From: Blastocatellia bacterium UBA7656
GTDB lineage: Bacteria; Acidobacteriota; Blastocatellia; UBA7656
Reading direction: 5' to 3'
Assembly (NCBI GenBank): GCA_002483445.1
Contig: DLHY01000065.1
Coordinates: 23,336-87,335 of the forward strand
Length of the DNA: 64,000 nt
Shown here: positions 52,138 through 62,459 of the stretch, one piece after another
How the letters are laid out: each line of letters begins with the position of its first letter
Numbering within the stretch: position 1 is the first letter of the stretch
Position numbers and translations under genes: made by a program
The notes under the pieces: model-generated
Told to the model about the DNA's origin: nothing
Databases searched by the model: none
Seen by the model: only the letters and a program-made list of their open reading frames with translations

Positions 52138-55100
52138 ATGTCTCTACCATCAAGCTTGAGGGATCGGCTTGTCTTTCCCTTTCTCATAACCATCATCCTT
52201 GCAGCCTTTCTTTTCTGGTCGCAGAATCCTTCCCCCTATCTCGAATCATCCGGGGTTGAAATGCCCCATTTGCAAGGCGAAGCGGCAAAGGCTTATCTCA
52301 AACAAAACGGATTTTATGAACCCATCATCGAGCGAGTGAATGCCTCTCGATATGAGATCGAATCAAATGAGCGGGTCGGCGCGTCGAGCAGAGGCATTGA
52401 CTACGAGGCCGCCAACCCGCGACAGGGTTATCGCACCCTTTTCACGCCCGATCAGATAGCAGTGATGTCTGAGAAAGAAAACGAGCAGAGATGGCGACTG
52501 GGGTTGAAGCTGAAAGGTTATGGCTACGGAGAGCGATTGATTGAGGTAGGCGAAAGCAGGATCAGGGCAGATGGAAACCGTGTCGAGATGATCAAAGCAG
52601 CAGTCCCTCACAACTACGGATCGCTTTTACCTTCGATGACAGCAAGCCGATGGCCAATTAACGATCATCGACCCACGATCACCGAGTGGTATGTCAACCG
52701 ACCAGAAGGGCTGGAACAGGGATTTACCGTCAACGCGCCGCCGGAAGCGCGAGGCATTGACGAACGATTGCAAGTCGCGCTCGAAGTGAGCGGCGACTGG
52801 CGCGCGGAACTACAAGAAGGCGGACAGGCGATCAGGCTGAGAAACGCCGAGGGCGTCACGCTGCTTTACAACAAACTGGTCGCTTTCGACGCGCATGGGC
52901 GGGCGCTGGAATCGCGCATGATGGTCGGCAGTGACGAAATCCGCCTGGAAGTCTACGACGAGGAAGCAGCCTATCCGGTGACGATAGACCCGATTCTGAC
53001 CTTCGTTCAGGAAATTCATGCAAGCGATCCCGGCCCCGGCACCTTTGAGGTTTTCGGATCGAGTGTTGCCATAGATGGCGACACGATCGTTGTCGGAGCT
53101 TCTAACAAAGATGATCCAGTGAAAGGCGCGAATTCAGGCGCGGCTTACGTATTCGTCCGGTCAGGAGGGATGTGGGTTCAGGAGGCGAAGCTTCTGGGAA
53201 GTGATATCGGCGTAAACAATCAGTTCGGAACATCTATCGACATGAGCGGCGACACAATCGTTGTCGGCACTCCATTCAATGCGGAAAAGGGATTTAATGC
53301 AGGAGCGGCTTATGTGTTTGTAAGAAACGCGGGCGTTTGGACACAGCAGCAGAAATTGACAGGCATCGATACATCAGCCTCTGACATTTTTGGCGTAGAT
53401 GTCAGTATAGATGGAGATAACATTCTCATAGGCGCTTCCACCGACCGTATCGGAGCGGTCTTTGCGGGTTCAGCTTTTGTATTCGTGCGGAACGCAGGCG
53501 TGTGGACACAACAGGCGAAACTGATAGCGAGCGGAGCGCCGATAAATCAACGATTTGCAGCTTCCGTCGCGATTGAAGGCAACAGAGCGGTCATTACGGC
53601 TCCTCTTGCCGATGATGTGGCAACGAATTCCGGCGCATTTTATATCTTTGAGAGATCGGGTACGACGTGGACAGAACAGGCGAGACTCAAAACAAGTGAT
53701 GCAGAGGCAGAACAGATGTTAGGGGTGGGGAGTAACTCCTGCGCTATCAATGGCGACACGATAATCGTTTCGACGATACGCGATGATGATCCGATCGTCG
53801 GGCAGGATGTTGGCGCGGCTTATGTCTTCGTCAACAGTGGCGGCGTATGGATGGAGCAACAAAAGCTGACTCCACCCGATCCGAGGCTTATCGGATTTTT
53901 CGGCACATCTGTAGCAATCGAAGGAGACACTGTCTATATTGGCATGATACGAGACGCGCCTTTCGGTAAACTGGGAGCAGGTTCTGTTTATGTATATACC
54001 CGCGCAGGCGGCGTCTGGACATTTGACCAAAAACTCATAGCGCCTGATGCCATAGGTTTTGAAGAATTTGGCAACGCCATTTCAGTTGATAATCAAAACC
54101 TGGTGATCGGAGCGTGGATGAGCAGCGATTCGGCTCAGTTTTCAGGCTCGGCCTATATCTTTTCGGGCCCCTCTCTGCCAACGCTCAATTGTCCGACGGA
54201 AATAGTCCGAAGCACCGATCCCGGAATGTGTTCAGCCATCATCAATCTCTCGTTGATGCCGGGCGGCAACCCAACCCCTACGGTCACTTGTACACCGCCT
54301 TCCGGGTCTTCTTTCCCCCTCGGCGTGACGACAGTCGCCTGCACTGCGGATAATGGCAATCCAACTACGGCATCGTGTACTTTCACGGTCAGAGTCGTTG
54401 ATAGTCAGGCACCTGTACTCACTTGCCCGCTGGTCATCCGGCAAAACAACGGTATGGGACAATGCTCTGCGATTGTCAGTTATACGGCTACCGCTCTTGA
54501 TGCGTGCGACGGCTCGGTGACGCCTTCGTGCAATCCCGCTTCAGGCACTTCGTTTCCCGTTGGCATAACGACAGTGACCTGCTCGGCGACCGATGTCGCG
54601 GGCAATACTGGAACCTGTTCGTTTAATGTCGAAATCGCCGACAGGCAGTCGCCTGCCATCACTTGTCCCACCGTAAACATAAGCCTGAATACCGAACCCG
54701 GACAATGCACAGCGGTGGCGACGTACACCATCGCGGCTAACGATAACTGCGACGGTCCGCTGACCCCAACTTGCAATTTTGCGTCCGGTCACGCTTTTCC
54801 AAAAGGTCTGACAACGGTCAGATGTGATGTGACGGATGCTGCGGGAAATCTGACCAGTTGCGGTTTTATCGTCACTGTCACTGATAATGAAAACCCGACG
54901 CTGGCCTGCCCGTCGAACATTACGACAACCACAGACAATGGGGTGTGCGCATCTGCTGTCAACTATTCGCTGCCTGTCGCCTCGGATAACTGCCCCGACG
55001 TAGGGATGCCTTCCTGTAACCCTGCGAGCGGCTCGGCATTCCCCAGAGGCGTGACGACAGTGACCTGTTCGGTCAGCGACGCGGCGGGCAACGCGGGCAA

Positions 55101-56361
55101 CTGCTCATTCACCGTGACAGTGAATGATGATGACGCTCCTTCGCTCGTATGTCCGCCTAACCAGACAGTGGGAACCAGAGCGAGCGACTGCATGGCTGTG
55201 GCTAACTTCACTGCGACAGCCAATGATATCTGCGACGGCGCGATCACTCCGACCTGCAACCCTCTGTCGGGATCAACCTTCACGCGAGGTGTCGCGACAG
55301 TGAACTGCTCGGCGACGGATGCCGCAGGCAATACGGCGAATTGCTCGTTTACAGTGACAGTCCTTGATGACGACGCGCCGATTGTCGCCTGCCCCGCGCC
55401 CGTGACAGCAGGAACGGCAGGGGGCGGTTGCTCGGCTATCGCCGGTTTCACTGCAACGGTTACAGACAACTGCGACGGTGCGATTGCGCCTAATTGCTCG
55501 CCCGCGTCCGGTTCCGTATTTCCGAAAGGCATCACGACAGTCACCTGCTCGGCGACCGACACGGCAGGCAACACAGGCAATTGCTCGTTCACCGTTACCG
55601 TAATCGATGACGATGCGCCGATGATAGCGTGTCCTGCAAACATCAGCAGAAACAATGACGCGGGACTGTGCTCGGCAGTAGTCATGTTCACCGCAACGGC
55701 AACAGACAACTGCGCGCTTGCGGGCGTGGTTGCCAGCCCCCCGTCAGGCACAGCCTTCCCCGTCGGAGTGACTACGGTCAGCGTGACGGCTACCGATACA
55801 TCTGGGAACCAATCGGTCTGTATGTTCACGGTGACGGTGACAGATAACGAAGCGGCGCAGATCGTCTGTCCGCCGACTCAGTTCGTGATGCAGGGGGCAG
55901 TGACTTATCCCAATCCGACTATTTCCGACAACTGCGCGGGAGCGAGTTTCGCCTGCGCACCGCCGTCAGGATCGATCTTCCCAGCCGGTATTTCGACCGT
56001 CACCTGCGCGGCGACCGACGCAAGCGGCAACACGTCGAGTTGCAGTTTCGCAGTTACGACCTTCGATGTCTGTTTGCAAGACGATGCCAATTCCCGCAAC
56101 AAGCTCTTCTTCCTCTCGACGACGGGCGACTATATGTTCTGCTGCGCCGACGGAACTACTGTATCGGGGAAAGGCATAGCGATGATTTCGGGATGCACAG
56201 TCACCTTGAATCACCTGATAGGCGCTCATCGAGTGCAGGCAAATGTGAGTCGCTGCTCGATCAATAAGGGAACAGCAGTGCTGCAAATGCCGGTAGGCGT
56301 AACCAAGTGCCAGATAACTGACCGGAATACGACTAACAACTTCTGCGCCTGCGGAAACTGA
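52138..56361 (+). CDS. large FG-GAP-repeat / 8x HYR-domain surface protein (paralog of 49485-51965)
   Basis: AGGAGG RBS and an N-terminal TM anchor. About 8 FG-GAP-like repeats. Eight ~80-aa HYR-like units (about 54175-56065), each CP...C...D.CD...C.P.SG..FP.G.TTV.C...D..GN...CSF.V.V.D. The C-terminal Cys-rich module is the same as in the paralog. Confidence 0.82.
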   Translation: MSLPSSLRDRLVFPFLITIILAAFLFWSQNPSPYLESSGVEMPHLQGEAAKAYLKQNGFYEPIIERVNASRYEIESNERVGASSRGIDYEAANPRQGYRTLFTPDQIAVMSEKENEQRWRLGLKLKGYGYGERLIEVGESRIRADGNRVEMIKAAVPHNYGSLLPSMTASRWPINDHRPTITEWYVNRPEGLEQGFTVNAPPEARGIDERLQVALEVSGDWRAELQEGGQAIRLRNAEGVTLLYNKLVAFDAHGRALESRMMVGSDEIRLEVYDEEAAYPVTIDPILTFVQEIHASDPGPGTFEVFGSSVAIDGDTIVVGASNKDDPVKGANSGAAYVFVRSGGMWVQEAKLLGSDIGVNNQFGTSIDMSGDTIVVGTPFNAEKGFNAGAAYVFVRNAGVWTQQQKLTGIDTSASDIFGVDVSIDGDNILIGASTDRIGAVFAGSAFVFVRNAGVWTQQAKLIASGAPINQRFAASVAIEGNRAVITAPLADDVATNSGAFYIFERSGTTWTEQARLKTSDAEAEQMLGVGSNSCAINGDTIIVSTIRDDDPIVGQDVGAAYVFVNSGGVWMEQQKLTPPDPRLIGFFGTSVAIEGDTVYIGMIRDAPFGKLGAGSVYVYTRAGGVWTFDQKLIAPDAIGFEEFGNAISVDNQNLVIGAWMSSDSAQFSGSAYIFSGPSLPTLNCPTEIVRSTDPGMCSAIINLSLMPGGNPTPTVTCTPPSGSSFPLGVTTVACTADNGNPTTASCTFTVRVVDSQAPVLTCPLVIRQNNGMGQCSAIVSYTATALDACDGSVTPSCNPASGTSFPVGITTVTCSATDVAGNTGTCSFNVEIADRQSPAITCPTVNISLNTEPGQCTAVATYTIAANDNCDGPLTPTCNFASGHAFPKGLTTVRCDVTDAAGNLTSCGFIVTVTDNENPTLACPSNITTTTDNGVCASAVNYSLPVASDNCPDVGMPSCNPASGSAFPRGVTTVTCSVSDAAGNAGNCSFTVTVNDDDAPSLVCPPNQTVGTRASDCMAVANFTATANDICDGAITPTCNPLSGSTFTRGVATVNCSATDAAGNTANCSFTVTVLDDDAPIVACPAPVTAGTAGGGCSAIAGFTATVTDNCDGAIAPNCSPASGSVFPKGITTVTCSATDTAGNTGNCSFTVTVIDDDAPMIACPANISRNNDAGLCSAVVMFTATATDNCALAGVVASPPSGTAFPVGVTTVSVTATDTSGNQSVCMFTVTVTDNEAAQIVCPPTQFVMQGAVTYPNPTISDNCAGASFACAPPSGSIFPAGISTVTCAATDASGNTSSCSFAVTTFDVCLQDDANSRNKLFFLSTTGDYMFCCADGTTVSGKGIAMISGCTVTLNHLIGAHRVQANVSRCSINKGTAVLQMPVGVTKCQITDRNTTNNFCACGN

Positions 56362-56444
56362 ATTTCGTCCGGGTTGCGAGTATCAGGGGTTTGTTCGAGC
56401 GACGCAAAACAGGTTTTCACGGCTGGTCTTTTCCTCAACCAGCA

Positions 56445-56477
56445 GGGCGATCATCGAAAGATGGTCGCCCTTTTTTT
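56445..56477 (+). terminator. intrinsic terminator after the second FG-GAP/HYR gene
   Basis: GGGCGATCAT-CGAAAG-ATGGTCGCCC forms a 10-bp stem with one G-U pair, followed by TTTTTTT. Confidence 0.7.
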
Positions 56478-58383
56478 ACGGGAATCCGATTCGGCGGAGC
56501 AAGTCCTGAAACCTTTCATCCGAGCGTAGAGGGTTGAATCGCGGATCGACCTTCAAATAAACAAGCAGTTCCTGACGATCCGCATAAGCTTTTTCGAGCA
56601 GGCGCATCGTTTTATCTCTGTCTCCGAGTCCGGCGTAAACTCCCGCGATCCCGTACAACACACGCGGTTCCTCTTTAGCCATCTCCTCGTAAGGTTTGAT
56701 TATCTGCAATGCCCGCTTTTTCCTTCCTGAGACGGCCAGGATGTGCGCAATGCGAGACGGGTACAACTTCTCCATGTCTTTATATTTGAACTGAGCGAGA
56801 GACTCTTCATACATGCCCTTTGCTTCAAAAGCGAGGCCGAGAGCGAGGCGCGCGACTACGAAGTCCGGCTCCATCTCAATCGTCCTGCGGCATTGGTTTA
56901 TGGCCTCGTCGTAGTCGCCAGCGTAGTAGAGTATCCATGCCAGATCGCTGTTTATGATGACCGAAAGCGGATCGATATCCAAAGCCCTCCGCATCTCAGC
57001 TACGGCCTCTTCCGTCTTCCCCGTGAAGGTGAGATATTCGCCGTACCAGTGATGTGCCGTAGCGTAATTCGGATTCAGGTCAAGTGCGCGTTTGAACGAT
57101 TCTTCGGCTCCCTTCCAGTCCCAGTAATAACGCATCCGGGTGTAAGCGAGCGAATTATGGGCTTCGGCAAGCATGGGATCGATCTCAAGAGCTTTCATCG
57201 CTGCGGCTTTCGCTTTAGGGTATGTATCGTGCCGATTGGCGTCGCCGAAAATGGTAAGCAGATTATAAGCGTCTGCCAGCCCCGCGTATGCCATCGCATA
57301 GACCGGATCGAGTTCTATCGCCTTCTCGAAAAGTTCTTTGGCTTTCTGAAGGCCTTCGCCTGTTCTCTTGTTCCAGAAATATCTTCCTTTTATATAAGCC
57401 TGATACGCTTCCACGTTTTCCGTGTAGTGTTTCGCAAGCCTGTTTTCTTCTTCGGCATTGAGTTTTGCGCTCACGGCCTTCGCCACTCGTCTCGATATTG
57501 AATCTTCTATGGCGAAGATATCGGTGAATTTTTCGTCGAATGATTCGGCCCACAGCGCCGATCCGTCCTCGACTTTCAACATCTGCACAGTGACTCGAAT
57601 TCTCTCGCCCGATCTTTGAATTTTCCCTTCGAGCAAAAGATTCGCGCCCAGTTCGCGGCCTGCTCGAAGAGAATCCGCTTCCGCGCTGTCATATCTCAGC
57701 ACTGCGCTTGTCGGGCGAACCACTATTTGTTTTATGTTGCTGAGTTTCGTTATCAGCGCATCGGCCATACCGAGACCGATGTGATCGTCGGCCTCCGGAG
57801 ACAACTCTTTGAAAGGGAGGACTGCGATTATGTTGGCCGACGGCTGAAGGTCGGCAGGTCGTCGGGTTGCCGCTATCCAGAGGTAAGAGACGACAGCGAT
57901 AACGATGAGCGACAAAGCGGGCAGGATGAATATTCGACGGCTGAGAAAAGAGGGCGGAGAAAGAACAGTGCTGACAGAAGAATCTTCTCTCTCCGCCTCG
58001 GATTCCTGCGCGCTCGATTGATATGGGGTTTCGATTGGCGCATCCACATCAGAGATCAAAGCGCCATCGCCATTGGCAGACTTCTTAACCGTCGCCACGA
58101 AACTGTAACCGCGGCGCGGAACGGTGACGATATAACTATGTTCATCAGGTTGCTCGCCCAGCGCCTTCCTGAGAGAAGATACATGCACGTTGAGATTTAT
58201 TTGCTCGACGAAGGTATCGGGCCAGAGCTTCTCCATCAATTCGTTTCTATCGACGACGCGGCCGCTGTTTTCTACGAGCAGCAGCAGCAGGTCGAATGCC
58301 TTAGGTGGAAGAGACACGCCTTGCTGTTCGCGAAAAAGAAGGCGCTTGACGGGATCAAGCTGGAATGGTCCGAAGTGGTACAA
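56476..58383 (-). CDS. CadC-like transcriptional activator: OmpR/PhoB-type wHTH, TM, TolB-N-like and TPR domains
   Basis: FGPFQLDPVKRLLFREQQ...LPPKAFDLLLLLVENSGRVVDRNELMEKLWPD...LRKALGE...VTVPRRGYSF (trans_reg_C), one TM segment (IFILPALSLIVIAVVSYLWI), IAVLPFKELS..., then multiple TPRs. Confidence 0.87.
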   Translation of the reverse strand: MYHFGPFQLDPVKRLLFREQQGVSLPPKAFDLLLLLVENSGRVVDRNELMEKLWPDTFVEQINLNVHVSSLRKALGEQPDEHSYIVTVPRRGYSFVATVKKSANGDGALISDVDAPIETPYQSSAQESEAEREDSSVSTVLSPPSFLSRRIFILPALSLIVIAVVSYLWIAATRRPADLQPSANIIAVLPFKELSPEADDHIGLGMADALITKLSNIKQIVVRPTSAVLRYDSAEADSLRAGRELGANLLLEGKIQRSGERIRVTVQMLKVEDGSALWAESFDEKFTDIFAIEDSISRRVAKAVSAKLNAEEENRLAKHYTENVEAYQAYIKGRYFWNKRTGEGLQKAKELFEKAIELDPVYAMAYAGLADAYNLLTIFGDANRHDTYPKAKAAAMKALEIDPMLAEAHNSLAYTRMRYYWDWKGAEESFKRALDLNPNYATAHHWYGEYLTFTGKTEEAVAEMRRALDIDPLSVIINSDLAWILYYAGDYDEAINQCRRTIEMEPDFVVARLALGLAFEAKGMYEESLAQFKYKDMEKLYPSRIAHILAVSGRKKRALQIIKPYEEMAKEEPRVLYGIAGVYAGLGDRDKTMRLLEKAYADRQELLVYLKVDPRFNPLRSDERFQDLLRRIGFP

Positions 58384-58563
58384 CGCTCGCTACTCCCTTC
58401 CGTCGCTCTTCGATAACTATAGTAGAGAACAACGCTTCATCAAAATCCTGCCCTTCGAAATGCGCAAAGGATCGATCATCTCAGGCCACAGATAAATGAC
58501 TCAATGACTATCCCAGTCAAAGATACAAAGAGCCAGAAGACTTTTGAAGAACAATTCGCATAA

Positions 58564-60489
58564 TCAGGCTTCCAGTCTCATTCGACGCAGAAGCTCCGCG
58601 AATCTCGGATCGGATCGAAGGTTGTCGAGCCTGGGATTGACCTTTATATAAAGCAGGTTTGAATTGCGATTCTGAAAGGCTTTTTCCAGCCAGTTGAAGG
58701 CGTCGTCTTTTTGTCCGAGTGCGGCATAAGTTTCCGCCATAGCGAACGAGTAACCCATATCTTCCTGCAAGAATCGGCGATAAGTTTCTATGGCTTTGAC
58801 GGCCTCCTTCTTGTTCCCCGAAGCAGCGAGCATCGGGCCATCCGGCCCGGTCATGGCTTTTACCTTTGCCTGTTCGATGAGGGCTTCTCTGTGCATTCCC
58901 TTCTGCTCGAAACTCCGCGAAAGGCCCAGCAAAGCCGAAGAGTAACGGGGATTGAGATCGAGCGATTCGCGGAAGTGCGCGATGGCTTCGTCGTATCGGC
59001 GGCCCCAGTACGAAGCCCAGCCGAGTTTGGCGATAGTCGCCGGAGAAAGCGGATCGACCTCTTTGGCCTGTCGCATCTCCTCTATCGCCTCATCCGTCTT
59101 CCCCATCGTCAGAAGAAGGTCTGCGTACCAGTAACGAGCAGCCGGGTAGTTCGCATTGAGCGCGAGCGCGCGTCGAAACTCCGATTCGGCCCCCGTCCAG
59201 TCCCAGTCGCTGCGCATCAGAGCAAAGGCCAGAGAGGCGTGAGCCTCAGCAAGAGAATCATCCGTTTCCACAGCCTTTAACGCCGCAGACCTGGCTTTCA
59301 AAATCAGGTCTTCCGAATTTTCTTCCCCTAAGATGGCCAGCACATTCAAAGCATCGGCCAGACCCGAATATGCGAGTGCATAGGATGGCTCGATTTCTAT
59401 GGCCTCGGTGAAATACTTTATGGCCTTCTCAATGTCTTTGGTCGATCTCTTGTTCCAGAAATAGCGACCTCTTACATAAGCCTGATATGCTTCGAGTTTG
59501 CCTGTGTGCTTTCGGGCAAGCATCTCCTTTTCCTGCGCGTTCAACTTCACTCGGACAGCCTCGGCCACTCGTAGCGAGATCGAATCCTGAACGTCGAAGA
59601 TATTGGAGAAGCTTTCCTCGAACGACTCGGCCCAAAGGGGAGCGCCGTCGCTGACTCTGAGCATCTGCACAGTGACTCGAAGCCGTTCTCCCGTGCGTTG
59701 AATCTTTCCTTCCAGCACCATCTCGACTTTCATCTCACGGCCTGCCGCCAGAGAATCGGCTTCCGGGTTGTCATATCTTATAACCGCGCTCGTCGGCCTG
59801 ACGGTCATACTTTTTATGTTGCTCAACTTCGTGATGAGAGCGTCGGCCATGCCGAGACCGAGATATTCCTCATCCTCTGATGACAGGTGCTTGAAGGGAA
59901 GGACGGCTATCGTTGCGCCGGGAGACGAAGCATGAAATTGCGGTCTTGTAGCTGAAACCCAGAGAAAGAAGGCCGAGGCGATGGCGAGCAGCAATCCTGA
60001 GATGGCGACAGCCATGCGTCGCCCTCGACTTGAAACAAAACGCCGCGTCACGGGAGCCGGAACATCGTTGCCTTTCTGAAGCGTAGGGTGTGATGCGGGG
60101 GGCTCGACCTCTGGCGAAGATGAGTCGGAAGCGATCAACGAATCGCCGTCGCCGATTTCGATTCTGGAAACCGGGGCGACGAAGCTGTAGCCGCGACGCG
60201 GGACTGTGACAATGTAGCGGTGATCGGAAGGATTCTCTCCGAGTGCTTTTCTGAGCGAGGAGATGTGGACGTTGAGGTTTATCTCCTCGACGAAAGTATC
60301 AGGCCAGAGCTTTTCCATCAGTTCGTTTCTATCGACGACGCGACCGCTGTTTTCGAGAAGGATCAAAAGCGCGTCGAAAGCCTTTGGGGGCAAAGCGACC
60401 GGAGAACCATCTCTGAGAAGAAGGCGCTTGAGCGGATCGATGCGAAACGACCCGAATTCATAATACTTGCCATTGCTGTCCTGCATCAT
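58564..60489 (-). CDS. CadC-like wHTH-TM-TPR transcriptional activator (paralog)
   Basis: Same architecture as 56476-58383 and colinear with it: FGSFRIDPLKRLLLRDGS...VTVPRRGYSF, a TM segment, IAVLPFKHLS and TPRs. Confidence 0.87.
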   Translation of the reverse strand: MMQDSNGKYYEFGSFRIDPLKRLLLRDGSPVALPPKAFDALLILLENSGRVVDRNELMEKLWPDTFVEEINLNVHISSLRKALGENPSDHRYIVTVPRRGYSFVAPVSRIEIGDGDSLIASDSSSPEVEPPASHPTLQKGNDVPAPVTRRFVSSRGRRMAVAISGLLLAIASAFFLWVSATRPQFHASSPGATIAVLPFKHLSSEDEEYLGLGMADALITKLSNIKSMTVRPTSAVIRYDNPEADSLAAGREMKVEMVLEGKIQRTGERLRVTVQMLRVSDGAPLWAESFEESFSNIFDVQDSISLRVAEAVRVKLNAQEKEMLARKHTGKLEAYQAYVRGRYFWNKRSTKDIEKAIKYFTEAIEIEPSYALAYSGLADALNVLAILGEENSEDLILKARSAALKAVETDDSLAEAHASLAFALMRSDWDWTGAESEFRRALALNANYPAARYWYADLLLTMGKTDEAIEEMRQAKEVDPLSPATIAKLGWASYWGRRYDEAIAHFRESLDLNPRYSSALLGLSRSFEQKGMHREALIEQAKVKAMTGPDGPMLAASGNKKEAVKAIETYRRFLQEDMGYSFAMAETYAALGQKDDAFNWLEKAFQNRNSNLLYIKVNPRLDNLRSDPRFAELLRRMRLEA

Positions 60490-60562
60490 CAGCCTTAAAC
60501 GATGATCCGATTTTGAGGTTCGAAGGAAATCTCCGCATCAGATATTACGGACTCTCTCCGAC

Positions 60563-60589
60563 TTAATGAAGTTTAATCATTATTAAATA
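60563..60589 (+). promoter_or_regulatory. three 10-bp-phased direct repeats TTAATGA / TTAATCA / TTAAATA in the divergent regulator / radical-SAM promoter region
   Basis: Repeats start at 60563, 60573 and 60583. The 26-nt block CTTAATGAAGTTTAATCATTATTAAA differs at 2 positions from 49176-49201. A TATCAT -10-like hexamer lies ~23 nt downstream. Confidence 0.45.
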
Positions 60590-60738
60590 CGAGGTTCGAG
60601 CAACCATCAGTATCATACCAGCAGTCCAGGCGATTCCCTTTCAGGTAATACACAATTTTGGAGTTGCAGCTTGGTGGCCAGGATACATCGGGCTGTTTCT
60701 TATGAGGGGAAATTTGTTCAACAGGAGGTCTGAATCGT

Positions 60739-61827
60739 ATGAAACCTTTGTGTCCGACGCTTTCGATGCTAGTGACTTATCAGTGCAATATCGAATGTGC
60801 GCACTGCGGCCCATACTGCGGCCCCAACGAAAAAGAATGGATGACTCTCAATGAAATGAAAAACCTCATCTCTCAGGCCGCTGAACTGGGAGCATATAAT
60901 GTGGTTTTTACAGGCGGTGAGCCTACACTGCTGAAGCAGGATTTGATTACGCTTCTCCGGTTCATCAAGGAAGAAACCACGATTCAGGCGACCCGGATCG
61001 TCACCAACGGCAAGTGGGCGACGAGTTACGCCGCCGCTTACCGCAAACTCAAGGGATGGCAAGAGGCAGGGCTTGATGAACTCAATGTCAGTTGCGGCGA
61101 ATACCATCAGGAATTCGTCCCTATCTCTTCAGTGGCTAATGCTTTCCTTGCCGGAAGAGATCTCGGTTACAAGACCGTTCTTCTAGCCGCAGAATTTCTG
61201 GCTGAAGGCAAGGGCAAATACACCGCGCAGATGTTCAAAGATGCCGTGGGCGAAGACCTGCTTCCGCCCGAACTAATGAGTCCTTTCGTTTCGGAGGCGC
61301 ACGGCCTCTCGTGCGGGGCGGCCATGAATTACGGGCGCGGCGCAACCATGCTCAACCCTGAAAATCTTGTCTATAAAGAATATGATGAGATATCGAGCCT
61401 ATGCCCTGACGTTCTGACCGCGATAACAGTTCATCCCAACGGCAATACCACAGCCTGCTGTGGAATCATGGTCAGAGACGAGTCTCTGCTCAACATCGGC
61501 AACTGGCGCGAACAGGGATTGAGAGAAATTCTCGAATCTGCCCACGAAGACCTGATCCTCAACTGGATTCGTTATGTTGGCGTTAAAGACATGAAGGACT
61601 GGCTGCTGACGAAAGACCCAAGCCTGAAGTTCAGCGATAAATTCCTCAACATCTGCGATCTATGCGCGCAGATAGTCTACAACAAGCGCGCCCAGGAAAT
61701 ACTCGTTCAACTGAGCTATGAGCGCGCAGGCGATATCATTGCCAACAAGGTCGCTCAGGACGCAGCCGTTTATGATACCGGGCGATTCAACTACGGTCCG
61801 ACGGCTGCGCATGAGGTACAGCAATAA
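60739..61827 (+). CDS. radical SAM enzyme with twitch/SPASM-like C-terminal extension
   Basis: CNIECAHC (CxxxCxxC) near the N-terminus and a GGEPTL SAM-binding motif. The C-terminal CPDVLTAITVHPNGNTTAC fits C-x12-G-x4-C, and there is a CDLC pair. Confidence 0.85.
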   Translation: MKPLCPTLSMLVTYQCNIECAHCGPYCGPNEKEWMTLNEMKNLISQAAELGAYNVVFTGGEPTLLKQDLITLLRFIKEETTIQATRIVTNGKWATSYAAAYRKLKGWQEAGLDELNVSCGEYHQEFVPISSVANAFLAGRDLGYKTVLLAAEFLAEGKGKYTAQMFKDAVGEDLLPPELMSPFVSEAHGLSCGAAMNYGRGATMLNPENLVYKEYDEISSLCPDVLTAITVHPNGNTTACCGIMVRDESLLNIGNWREQGLREILESAHEDLILNWIRYVGVKDMKDWLLTKDPSLKFSDKFLNICDLCAQIVYNKRAQEILVQLSYERAGDIIANKVAQDAAVYDTGRFNYGPTAAHEVQQ

Positions 61828-62459
61828 TGGTCTCCAAGGAACAGACAAAAAGTATTTCAAGCGGTTACTATGTGGCGAGACTGCCGACCAACAACGAGGT
61901 GATCGCCTACGACCAGTTTGAAATAAAAAGGCAGGCGGATGGAATCGTCATCGATTCCATCCACAATATTCTGATTGCCGAAGTACCCCAGCAGATCGCG
62001 CGCTTCGAGATGGACGAGGACTGGACTCCGCGAAGACTGAAGATAGAAGCTGGGCCATTGTTTTCTGCAATGGTTGAGTTCGGAGAAAGCGAAATAGTAC
62101 TTGATTCCAGAAGCATTCAGGGAGAAAACACAACACGCTACCCGATAAGTCGATTCAGAGCCTACTTTATGATGAACGGCGCAGCTTATTTCCCTTTACA
62201 CATAGTCCGCCGCTTCGATTTCGACAACCGAGAGCCGCAACGCTTCGATATTGTGCCTGAAGGCGAGTGTTGGGCAGTGCGAATAGGAGATATCGTCGAA
62301 CAGGGAGAAACCCTCGCTCAGATAGAAGTGAGGTTTTCTTTCCTGGGAAAGAGCGACCTGATGAGCCTGTTGATCAACACGAGAGGCGATCTTATTCGAT
62401 ATAGTGTGAGAAATCAAAATCTTATAGTTACTCTGGAGGACAAAGCCCCATCATGTTGA
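61827..62459 (+). CDS. hypothetical protein, translationally coupled within the radical-SAM operon
   Basis: The ATG overlaps the preceding TAA (ATAATGG) and its 3' end overlaps the next ATG by 7 nt. 210 aa with beta-rich composition and no recognised motif. Confidence 0.6.
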   Translation: MVSKEQTKSISSGYYVARLPTNNEVIAYDQFEIKRQADGIVIDSIHNILIAEVPQQIARFEMDEDWTPRRLKIEAGPLFSAMVEFGESEIVLDSRSIQGENTTRYPISRFRAYFMMNGAAYFPLHIVRRFDFDNREPQRFDIVPEGECWAVRIGDIVEQGETLAQIEVRFSFLGKSDLMSLLINTRGDLIRYSVRNQNLIVTLEDKAPSC

